DNA of 64,000 nucleotides, from contig CANQLT010000001.1 of NCBI GenBank assembly GCA_947624775.1, positions 2,184 to 66,183 on the forward strand. Reading direction: 5' to 3'. This document shows, piece after piece, positions 1-7,736 of this stretch. This stretch comes from an uncultured Monoglobus sp. (GTDB lineage Bacteria > Bacillota > Clostridia > Monoglobales > Monoglobaceae). Numbering within the stretch: the first letter of the stretch is position 1; every line of letters begins with the position of its first letter. Below the pieces are notes generated by a model, which saw only the letters and a list, made by a program, of their open reading frames with translations, was not told the origin of the DNA and searched no databases. Made by a program: the position numbers and the translations under genes.

Positions 1-240
1 AAAATCCTCATCCGGATAGAAATGCCCGTATCTGCAAAGGGATTCAAGACATTCAATAACTATCAGCGGCTCGTCAAGCCGCAGTCCGCCGTATGCGGTG
101 ATACGGTATTTAACAAGCTCTGACGCGGCTTCGCCGTAGGAACCATCACCGCCTTCGGCGGCGGACGCCGGCAGAACGCACAGCGCCAAAGCCGCCGCCA
201 AAAGCAAAGGGATCAGTTTTTGGTGCATAAATATTTTCAT
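1..240 (-). CDS. Hypothetical secreted protein, N-terminal fragment (gene continues past the left edge)
   Basis: ATG at 240-238 with AGGAGG (rc of 246-251) 5 nt upstream. Reads MKIFMHQKLIPLLLAAALALCVLPASAAEGG..., a signal peptide. The frame stays open to nt 1, so it is absent from the ORF track. Confidence 0.45.
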   Translation of the reverse strand, partial: MKIFMHQKLIPLLLAAALALCVLPASAAEGGDGSYGEAASELVKYRITAYGGLRLDEPLIVIECLESLCRYGHFYPDEDF

Positions 241-274
241 AATATCCTCCTAAGAAATATAGACCACTTACATA

Positions 275-1453
275 TTAATGGTGGAACAGACGGATGCCGG
301 TAAATGACATCGCTATGTCGTACTTGTTGCAGGCGGCGATAACGTTGTCGTCTCTTATCGAGCCGCCGGGCTGAGCGATCGCTGTCACGCCCGACTTGTG
401 GGCGCGTTCGATATTGTCGCCGAACGGGAAGAACGCATCGCTGCCCAGAGCCACGTCGGTGTTCTTTTTGAGCCATTCTTTCTGTTCCTCTTTGGTAAAC
501 ACGGGCGGCTTGGTCTTAAATATCTTCTGCCACTCGCCCTCTTTGAGCACGTCCATATACTCGTCCGAGATATAAACATCGATGGCGTTGTCGCGGTCGG
601 CTCTGCGTATGCCGTCAACAAACTCGAGCGCCAGCACCTGCGGCGACTGTCTGAGCCACCAGATGTCGGCCTTGTTGCCCGCGAGGCGTGTGCAGTGTAT
701 CCTGGACTGCTGGCCCGCGCCGATGCCTATCGCCTGACCGTCCTTGACGTAGCACACGCTGTTTGACTGGGTGTACTTGAGCGTGATCAGCGAGATCATC
801 AGATCGCGTTTCTGCGCCTCGGTCATATCGGTGTTTTGGGTAACCACATTCGACAAAAGCTCCTCGTTGATATCGAGCTCGTTTCTGCCCTGCTCGAATG
901 TCACGCCGAACACCTGCTTATGCTCGATCGGGTCGGGGGTGTAGTTTTTGTCGATTTGGATTATATTGTAGTTTCCGCCACGCTTGCCCTTTAATATTTC
1001 AAGCGCCTTTTCCTCATAGCCGGGAGCTATCACGCCATCGCTGACCTCTTTGGCGATGAGCTGCGCCGTGGGAATATCGCACACGTCGGACAGTGAGATA
1101 AAGTCGCCGAAGGACGACATTCTGTCCGCGCCTCTGGCTCTGGCATAGGCCGAGGCGAGAGGCGAGAGTTCGATAGATTCGTCGATGAAGTATATCTTTT
1201 TGAGCGTGTCCGAAAGTTCCAGACCGACAGCGGCGCCCGCGGGCGACACGTGCTTGAACGAGGTCGCGGCCGGGAGGCCGGTCGCCTTTTTGAGTTCCTT
1301 AACGAGCTGCCAGCCGTTCAGCGCGTCCAGCAGGTTGATGTAGCCGGGTTTGCCGCACAGCACGGTTATCGGCAGATCGCCGCCGTTTTCCATATAAACC
1401 CGCGAGGGTTTCTGATTAGGGTTGCAGCCGTATTTTAATTCCATTTCATTCAT
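275..1453 (-). CDS. purH: Phosphoribosylaminoimidazolecarboxamide (AICAR) formyltransferase, short single-domain form
   Basis: 392-aa ORF with KYGCNPNQ, FKHVSPAGAAVG and GIGAGQQSRIHC motifs of the AICARFT domain. It lacks the N-terminal MGS-like cyclohydrolase domain of bifunctional PurH. It is the last gene of the pur operon. Confidence 0.9.
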   Translation of the reverse strand: MNEMELKYGCNPNQKPSRVYMENGGDLPITVLCGKPGYINLLDALNGWQLVKELKKATGLPAATSFKHVSPAGAAVGLELSDTLKKIYFIDESIELSPLASAYARARGADRMSSFGDFISLSDVCDIPTAQLIAKEVSDGVIAPGYEEKALEILKGKRGGNYNIIQIDKNYTPDPIEHKQVFGVTFEQGRNELDINEELLSNVVTQNTDMTEAQKRDLMISLITLKYTQSNSVCYVKDGQAIGIGAGQQSRIHCTRLAGNKADIWWLRQSPQVLALEFVDGIRRADRDNAIDVYISDEYMDVLKEGEWQKIFKTKPPVFTKEEQKEWLKKNTDVALGSDAFFPFGDNIERAHKSGVTAIAQPGGSIRDDNVIAACNKYDIAMSFTGIRLFHH

Positions 1454-1465
1454 AACAATTCCTCC

Positions 1466-2179
1466 TTATTTGTTCTTATTAACTATTCGGGACTCGGTTT
1501 TGCCGGTTTGTATGTTTATGTATCTCACGAACAGCGAAACCTTGTTGTCCTCGTTGAGGCTTGTCCACAATGTGTCGGTGAACTCGTCTATAGAATTCGG
1601 GATCTCGACTTTCTTGGGCTCGCCCTCAAAGCTCGGCAGCGGATCGCCGTCTCCCTTGTAGGTGTGGATAAAATGTCCGTATCCGCTTTTCGGGTTTGAA
1701 TACGCGAACGTGAATCTTTGGCACGAGTCGGGGTCGCCGTCGGCGCTTTTTAATATCGACATCGCGTAGTTGTAGGTTCCGTCCGACACTTTCATGACCG
1801 CCGATATCCTCGGGGTGTAGTTGGGCGCGTCGGGCTCGAACTCGCGGCCGCGGAGCGACTGCTCGAACGTCATTTGCTTGTTCATCAAATCGTATATCGT
1901 ATCGGTCTGATCGCCGTTAGTGACGATCGTCTTGTTGCCCAATACCCGAACCGGCGCGTATATAATGAGCGACGGATCCTCGAGCTTTGACTCGTCAAAC
2001 GCCTTGGTCCTGATGCCGTCTCCATTTGCCACAAACACGCGGTTGCGGCTGTTTGAGCTTCTGCCCATGATAAAGTAGGCGCATACCGCACTCTTTCCGT
2101 CGGCCGATTTGCCGACGATAATTCCCCGTCCGGGGTATGAGTTGTTTTTCAGCTCATCGCTGATGTTTATTGTTTTCAT
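1466..2179 (-). CDS. IMP cyclohydrolase, PurO/archaeal-like family
   Basis: YPGRGIIVGKS...YFIMGRSSNSRNRVF N-terminus resembles PF07826-type IMP cyclohydrolases. Start placed at ATG 2179 (GGAGG upstream) rather than the ORF-track 2191. It lies 12 nt upstream of purH. Confidence 0.75.
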   Translation of the reverse strand: MKTINISDELKNNSYPGRGIIVGKSADGKSAVCAYFIMGRSSNSRNRVFVANGDGIRTKAFDESKLEDPSLIIYAPVRVLGNKTIVTNGDQTDTIYDLMNKQMTFEQSLRGREFEPDAPNYTPRISAVMKVSDGTYNYAMSILKSADGDPDSCQRFTFAYSNPKSGYGHFIHTYKGDGDPLPSFEGEPKKVEIPNSIDEFTDTLWTSLNEDNKVSLFVRYINIQTGKTESRIVNKNK

Positions 2180-2257
2180 GATTACCTCCATAAATTTTTA
2201 ATGCGGGCGGATGATATCCGCCCCTACATGCTATTCCCCCAAGGGGCGAGCCGATTT

Positions 2258-2851
2258 TTAGTCGCTGCACAGCATTTCAACGGCGCGGGGCAGGATTATC
2301 CATTCGGCCTGCTCCATAACGCGCTTTTGCAGAATTTCCGGGGTGTCGCCGTCCTTTATCTCGACCGCTTTCTGCAGCAGGATTTTTCCGCCGTCGACAA
2401 CCTCGTTGACAAGATGCGCGGTGGCTCCGGTCACTTTGACGCCGTAGTCAAGCGCCGCTTCGTGCACCTTAAGCCCGTACATGCCTTCGCCGCAGAACGA
2501 CGGTATAAGCGACGGATGAATGTTCACGATCCTGTCCGCGTATTCCTTTAGCAGTTCGCCTCCAAATATGGCTAAGAATCCCGCCAGCACTATTATATCA
2601 ACGCCCATCTCTTTCATATAAGCGCAGATCCTTCGGCTGAACTCGTCAATATCGCCGCCGCAATCCGCGTTCTTGCGGATAACCTTGGTCGGTATTCCGG
2701 CTTTTTCTGCTCTCGTCAGCCCGTACGCGCCCGCGCTGTTTGAGCAGACGCACACGATCCTGCCGCTCTTTATGATTCCGCTTTTCTCGGCGTCGATAAG
2801 CGCCTGAAGGTTAGTGCCGCCGCCCGAAATTAAAACTCCAATTTTTTTCAT
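2258..2851 (-). CDS. purN: Phosphoribosylglycinamide formyltransferase
   Basis: [13 protein letters not shown] and [12 protein letters not shown] formyltransferase motifs. 197 aa. Its start overlaps the purM stop (ATGA). Confidence 0.9.
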   Translation of the reverse strand: MKKIGVLISGGGTNLQALIDAEKSGIIKSGRIVCVCSNSAGAYGLTRAEKAGIPTKVIRKNADCGGDIDEFSRRICAYMKEMGVDIIVLAGFLAIFGGELLKEYADRIVNIHPSLIPSFCGEGMYGLKVHEAALDYGVKVTGATAHLVNEVVDGGKILLQKAVEIKDGDTPEILQKRVMEQAEWIILPRAVEMLCSD

Positions 2852-3885
2852 ACTATGTCCACGCCCTTCTCGCCCGAGACGATCTCGCCGACAACATAGG
2901 CCTTTTCGCCCTCGGAGTTTATCACCTCGACGGCTTTATCGGCCTGCTCCGCGGGCACCACAAACATCATGCCGATACCCATATTGTAGGTGTTGAACAT
3001 ATCGTGTTCCGAGATGCCGCCCAGCTTTTGGAGCTTTTTAAATATCGGCGGAGTGTCAAAGCTGTCTTTTTGAATAACAGCCCTTGCGCCGTCCTTGAGC
3101 ATGCGCGGAATGTTCTCGTAAAATCCGCCGCCCGTTATGTGGGACACCGCTTTCACGTCAACAGATTCGATAGCCTTTAGCATCGGCTTCACGTAAATTT
3201 TGGTCGGCTCAAGCAGCGTTTCTCCTATCGACGCGCCCAGTTCCTCATCATACTTTTTAAGAGCCTCGGCGCAGGCATCGCTGTCGTCAATATTAAATAT
3301 CTTTCTGACAAGCGAGTAGCCGTTGCTGTGAACGCCCGACGAGGCGATGCCGATTATTTTGTCTCCGACCTCGATCCTCTCTCCGTCGATGATCTTGTCC
3401 TTGTCAACTATACCCACCGAGAATCCCGCCAAGTCATACTCGTCGGGGTCATAGAATCCGGGCATCTCGGCAGTTTCACCGCCGACCAAAGCGCAGCCCG
3501 CCTTGACGCAGCCATCGGCAATTCCCTTTACTATGTCCGCGATTTTCTCGGGTGTGTTCTTTCCTGTCGCTATGTAGTCGAGGAAGAACAGCGGTTTCGC
3601 GCCGCCGCACACAATGTCGTTGACGCACATGGCCACGCAGTCCTGTCCGACCGTGTCGTGCTTGTCCATAATGAACGCCAGTTTCAGCTTGGTTCCAACG
3701 CCGTCGGTACCCGATACCAGAACGGGGTTTTTATAGCCTCCGCCAAGCTCGAATAGGCCGCCGAAGCCGCCTATTCCCGAAACGACTCCGGGTATGTTTG
3801 TCCTCTTTACGTGCTCTTTGATGAGCTCAACCGACCTGTAGCCGGCCTCCACATCAACGCCCGCGTTTTTATAAGCTTCGCTCAT
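2848..3885 (-). CDS. purM: Phosphoribosylformylglycinamidine cyclo-ligase (AIR synthetase)
   Basis: [22 protein letters not shown] and [10 protein letters not shown] motifs. 345 aa. Confidence 0.95.
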   Translation of the reverse strand: MSEAYKNAGVDVEAGYRSVELIKEHVKRTNIPGVVSGIGGFGGLFELGGGYKNPVLVSGTDGVGTKLKLAFIMDKHDTVGQDCVAMCVNDIVCGGAKPLFFLDYIATGKNTPEKIADIVKGIADGCVKAGCALVGGETAEMPGFYDPDEYDLAGFSVGIVDKDKIIDGERIEVGDKIIGIASSGVHSNGYSLVRKIFNIDDSDACAEALKKYDEELGASIGETLLEPTKIYVKPMLKAIESVDVKAVSHITGGGFYENIPRMLKDGARAVIQKDSFDTPPIFKKLQKLGGISEHDMFNTYNMGIGMMFVVPAEQADKAVEVINSEGEKAYVVGEIVSGEKGVDIV

Positions 3886-3897
3886 TACATCGCCTCC

Positions 3898-4398
3898 TTA
3901 TATATTGTCATAAAGCTCTTTTTGAAGTTTTTTATCTTTCTCGTCAACAGCCGCCGCCATGTCCGCTTTGAATTTTTCAAGCTTTTCGGAAAGTTTTTGA
4001 TCGCTGAGCGCCAGCATCTGCACGGCCAAAATGCCCGCGTTGTCCGAGCCGTTCACTCCGACCGTCGCCACAGGTATACCCGTCGGCATCTGCACCATCG
4101 AGAGCAGCGAGTCGAGACCGTCCATAAAAGACGACTTGATCGGCAGCGCTATGACAGGCAGCGTGGTGTACGCCGCGATAACACCGCCCAGATGAGCCGC
4201 TTTGCCCGCGGCCGCGATTATCACCTTAACGCCGTTTTCCTTGGCGTTTTTGGCGAATTCTTCAGCCTTGGCCGGTGTCCTGTGCGCCGAGATCACGTGC
4301 GCCTCAAAATCAACGCCGAACGACTTCAGCATGTCGATCGCGCCCTGTACCACGGGCAGATCAGAGTTGCTTCCCATTACAATTGCTACTTGTGCCAT
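3898..4398 (-). CDS. purE: 5-(carboxyamino)imidazole ribonucleotide mutase
   Basis: VAIVMGSNSDLPV...ISAHRTP...AAGKAAHLGGVIAA, a typical PurE. 166 aa. Confidence 0.95.
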   Translation of the reverse strand: MAQVAIVMGSNSDLPVVQGAIDMLKSFGVDFEAHVISAHRTPAKAEEFAKNAKENGVKVIIAAAGKAAHLGGVIAAYTTLPVIALPIKSSFMDGLDSLLSMVQMPTGIPVATVGVNGSDNAGILAVQMLALSDQKLSEKLEKFKADMAAAVDEKDKKLQKELYDNI

Positions 4399-4428
4399 AA
4401 TGTCCTCCTGAAATATATTTGAATTTTG

Positions 4429-5628
4429 TTATCTCTCGTATACTATATTGCCGTTTACCATTGTGTATTCAACGTCGCCGCATTTCGCCGAGTAGACCAG
4501 ACTTGAGATCGGGTCGTATATCGGCCTGAGGTGGGGCATGTCGAGATCAACGACGACCAGATCGGCCAGATAACCCTCTTTTATCATTCCCAGATTGTCA
4601 AAGCCCAGTGCTCTCGCGCCATTTATTGTCGCCATTTTGAGGGCGGTCTCGGCGGGCACCGCTGTGGGGTCAAGCCCCGCGCCCTTGTGTATCAGAGCCG
4701 CGGCCTTGATCTCCTCGAACATATCAAGGCTGTTGTTGCTCGACGCGCCGTCAGTGCCCAGCGCCACGTTTATCCCCATGTCCAGCATTTTCGGGACCGG
4801 GGCTATGCCCGACGCCAGTTTAAGATTGCTTATCGGATTGTGGGCGACCGAAACGTTATGCTTTTTGAGAATTTCAAGGTCGACGTCGGTCATAACCACG
4901 CAGTGAGCGGCTATCGTCGGATTTTCAAACAGCCCCGCGCTTTCCATATACGCGGTCGGCGTCATGTTGTGCTCAATCTCACAGTCCGAGAACTCGGTTC
5001 GGGTCTCGGCCAGATGAGTGTGTATCGGCATATTGTGCTCTTTGGCATACGCCGCGCATTTTTCCAGCAACTCAAAGGAACAGGTGTATATCGCATGCGG
5101 CGAGAAGGTGAAGGTTATCAGGTCGCAGTCACTAAATTCCTCGGCCATTTCCTCCATAAGCTTTACCTTGCGGTCGTATCCGTCAAAGTTCACGCAGTCG
5201 CTTAGAACTGCGCGAATGCCCTTTTGTATCGCCGCTCTGCCCGTCTCGGCCTGAAAGAAATACATATCGCTGAAACAGGTGGTTCCTCCCGCAAGCATCT
5301 CGTCTATCGCGATCTCGCTGCCGCGGCGCACATCCTCGGGCGTCATTTTGTCCTCAAACGGAAATATCTTGTTATACAGCCAGTCCTGCAGGTTCATGTC
5401 GTCGGCGTATCCGCGGAGCAGCGTCATAGCGGTGTGGGTATGCGCGTTTATAAGGCCCGGGATAAGCGCCTTGTTCTCGCCGTTTATCACTCGGTCAAAT
5501 TCTCCCTCGATCCTGCTTGTTCCCACGTATTTTATCTTATTCCCGTCGACCGCCACAAAGCCGTTTTTTATAACGCCCGCGCTATCGTCCATGGTTATGA
5601 CCGTTATGTTTTCAAATAAGGTTTTCAT
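4429..5628 (-). CDS. mtaD: Amidohydrolase, 5-methylthioadenosine/S-adenosylhomocysteine deaminase-like
   Basis: PGLINAHTHTAMTLLRGYADDMNLQDWL, HLAETRTE, HNPISNLKLASG and LGTDGASSNNSLDMFEE match the MtaD/TRZ-ATZ deaminase pattern. Confidence 0.75.
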   Translation of the reverse strand: MKTLFENITVITMDDSAGVIKNGFVAVDGNKIKYVGTSRIEGEFDRVINGENKALIPGLINAHTHTAMTLLRGYADDMNLQDWLYNKIFPFEDKMTPEDVRRGSEIAIDEMLAGGTTCFSDMYFFQAETGRAAIQKGIRAVLSDCVNFDGYDRKVKLMEEMAEEFSDCDLITFTFSPHAIYTCSFELLEKCAAYAKEHNMPIHTHLAETRTEFSDCEIEHNMTPTAYMESAGLFENPTIAAHCVVMTDVDLEILKKHNVSVAHNPISNLKLASGIAPVPKMLDMGINVALGTDGASSNNSLDMFEEIKAAALIHKGAGLDPTAVPAETALKMATINGARALGFDNLGMIKEGYLADLVVVDLDMPHLRPIYDPISSLVYSAKCGDVEYTMVNGNIVYER

Positions 5629-5663
5629 AATTTATTCTCCGATCGTATTGTTACACTTAAAAA

Positions 5664-6122
5664 TTACTTTTCGTACTCCAGATCGTTTTCGGTAAGGTTC
5701 TTTATCTTTTCGTAATAGTCCTCGGCCTCGCAATTCGCTTCCTCAACGCTGAGATTGCGGAAGTTTCCGCACTCGATCTCGCTCGCGCCGGGCATCTCGC
5801 CGTCATAGACCGCAATTTCTTTGAATATATTTTTTATTAAGTCGACGACCTTTTTGTTGTCCGCGTTTCTCATAAGCAGATAAAACCCGGTCTGGCAGCC
5901 CATAGGGCCGAAATATATCACGTCGTCTTTAAGCTCCGAGTTCCGCGCCATTGTGGCGAACAAATGCTCTATAGAGTGCATGGTTATGTTGTCAAGCAGA
6001 CGGCCGGTGTTGGGCTTTCTCATGCGTATGTCGTAGGTCGTGATGTCGCCGTCGATTCGGGATATGTACACCCACGGCCTGATTTTTCGGTGATCCACCA
6101 TAAAGCTCGCGATTTTTTCCAT
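5664..6122 (-). CDS. luxS: S-ribosylhomocysteine lyase
   Basis: SFMVDH..., HSIEHLFA metal-binding motif, GPMGCQTGFYL. 152 aa. Confidence 0.9.
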   Translation of the reverse strand: MEKIASFMVDHRKIRPWVYISRIDGDITTYDIRMRKPNTGRLLDNITMHSIEHLFATMARNSELKDDVIYFGPMGCQTGFYLLMRNADNKKVVDLIKNIFKEIAVYDGEMPGASEIECGNFRNLSVEEANCEAEDYYEKIKNLTENDLEYEK

Positions 6123-6637
6123 TTAACTCCCCCTTCTTTAATATAATAACGATCCTGTTCCCATTTAAACAAATTAGTATCTATATAATTCCATATCCGC
6201 TCATACTCTTTTTCATTGCGTATCACATGATCGTGATAAGAACGCTGCCATAATGATATTCCCGTCTTTTTATTCGTAAACCTTTTAAGCATTGACACAA
6301 ATGACGGCACTATCTCGTTCGTAGGGGACGGCGCCCTCGACGTCCCACTTTCATTATCATTTTCAACAATCAAAATCATATGAACATGATTCGGCATAAC
6401 TATGTATTTATCTATTTTCACGCTTTCATAAATCTCTCCGGACTTCTTTATTTCATCGTCAACAATTTTACCGAGCGGAGACGGATTCATTTTAGGGACG
6501 TCGAGGGCGCCGTCCCCTACAACAACTTTGCCTAAAATGCACTTTTTGTCTTTTGTGCATATAGTTATAAAATACGCGCCGCTTTGAGAATAACTATAAT
6601 ACCTAAGTCTGTTTCGCTTTCTTGATTTAAATTCCAT
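6020..6637 (-). CDS. IS200/IS605-like HUH (Y1) transposase homolog, RayT/REP-associated type
   Basis: YFITICT, MPNHVHMIL (HUH) and WQRSYHDHVIR (Tyr region) motifs. Its start abuts the punA stop (6637/6638). The last ~100 nt read on over the luxS start in another frame. Confidence 0.75.
   Translation of the reverse strand: MEFKSRKRNRLRYYSYSQSGAYFITICTKDKKCILGKVVVGDGALDVPKMNPSPLGKIVDDEIKKSGEIYESVKIDKYIVMPNHVHMILIVENDNESGTSRAPSPTNEIVPSFVSMLKRFTNKKTGISLWQRSYHDHVIRNEKEYERIWNYIDTNLFKWEQDRYYIKEGGVKWKKSRALWWITEKSGRGCTYPESTATSRPTTYA
6321..6346. repeat. 26-bp arm of a perfect inverted repeat inside the RayT-like CDS
   Basis: gtaggggacggcgccctcgacgtccc is the exact reverse complement of 6495-6520. Each arm is itself a gggacg/cgtccc hairpin. 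Confidence 0.9.
6495..6520. repeat. Partner arm of the 26-bp perfect inverted repeat
   Basis: gggacgtcgagggcgccgtcccctac. It encodes VGDGALDVP, while the other arm encodes GTSRAPSPT. Confidence 0.9.
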
Positions 6638-7450
6638 TTACAACTTATGTATAATAACTTTTAACAATCTCATCAATTTCTCGCGGATCACGGGCTCGGC
6701 GCTGTCTATCGCTTCGCGGTTGAAGCCGCCACCCTCGATGCCCGCCGCCATGTTGGAAACGCCCGAAAGCGCCAGAATTCGAACTCCGCAATGCGCCGCC
6801 GCTATGACCTCGGGCACGGTTGACATGCCTACCAGATCTGCGCCCAATATTTTAAGCATATTTATCTCCGCGGGCGTCTCGAACTGGGGCCCGGCCATAT
6901 AGGCGTACACGCCTTTCGGAAGGCTCATTCCGAGCTGATCCGCGCTTTTTTCGCAAAGCTCGATCAGGCCCTTGTCGTAGGCGTTTGTCATGTCGAAAAA
7001 CCGCTCGCCAAGCTCCTCGGGATTCTCGCCTCTCAGCGGCGATTCGGCGCACAGCTTTATATGGTCGCGTATTACCACAATATCTCCCGGAGCGTAATCC
7101 GGGTTGACGGCGCCCGAGGCGTTTGTGAGAATAACGGTCTCGATATCCATCGCCTTGAGCATACGGATAATAAACGCGGTTTCCTCCATAGTGTAGCCCT
7201 CGTAATAATGAAGTCTGCCCTGCATGAACACGACGGGTGTTCCGTCGAGCTCGCCGATTACCATGCGGCACCTGTGGTGGTTTTTGCCGATCAGAGGAAA
7301 GCCGGGTATATCCCCGTACGGTATTATCGTTTTGTTGTCGAGACTGTCCGCCAGTTCGGCCATGCCCGTGCCGAGCACCACGGCGATCTCGGGCACTATA
7401 TCAATTTTGGAATTAACATATTCCGCGGCTTGTGTGTATGATATTGACAT
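6638..7450 (-). CDS. punA: Purine nucleoside phosphorylase (PunA/PNP-I type)
   Basis: GPQFETPAEINMLKILGADLVGMSTVPEVIAAAHCG...SNMAAG, a trimeric PNP/MTAP family signature. Confidence 0.9.
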   Translation of the reverse strand: MSISYTQAAEYVNSKIDIVPEIAVVLGTGMAELADSLDNKTIIPYGDIPGFPLIGKNHHRCRMVIGELDGTPVVFMQGRLHYYEGYTMEETAFIIRMLKAMDIETVILTNASGAVNPDYAPGDIVVIRDHIKLCAESPLRGENPEELGERFFDMTNAYDKGLIELCEKSADQLGMSLPKGVYAYMAGPQFETPAEINMLKILGADLVGMSTVPEVIAAAHCGVRILALSGVSNMAAGIEGGGFNREAIDSAEPVIREKLMRLLKVIIHKL

Positions 7451-7605
7451 GGTGTTTTTCCTCTCTGTTTCCCGAATATGTTCGCCTCCCTCTCCGTCGC
7501 CTTCGGCTCATGTCCGCTCACGTTAATGATTTGTGGCCTCGTTTATTTGTGCGCTCGGAATACGATAGTACCTCGAACCCGCTGCGCGGCTCCGGCCACA
7601 GCCAC

Positions 7606-7690
7606 CTCTCCCTCCTAAAGGAGGGCGAGGCTGATATTTGGCTCGCCTCCTTTTAAGGGGGAGAGCTGTCAGCGCAGCTGACTGAGAGGG
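7606..7690. repeat. REP-like compound palindrome in the punA-purL intergenic region
   Basis: ctctccctcctaaaggagggcgaggc-tgatattt-ggctcgcctccttttaagggggagag forms a long imperfect hairpin. It is followed by a gtcagc-gca-gctgac hairpin. Confidence 0.6.
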
Positions 7691-7736
7691 AGTCACATCT
7701 TGCTTGCTCGGCCGGTTCGCGTTTTTGGAAGGCCGA

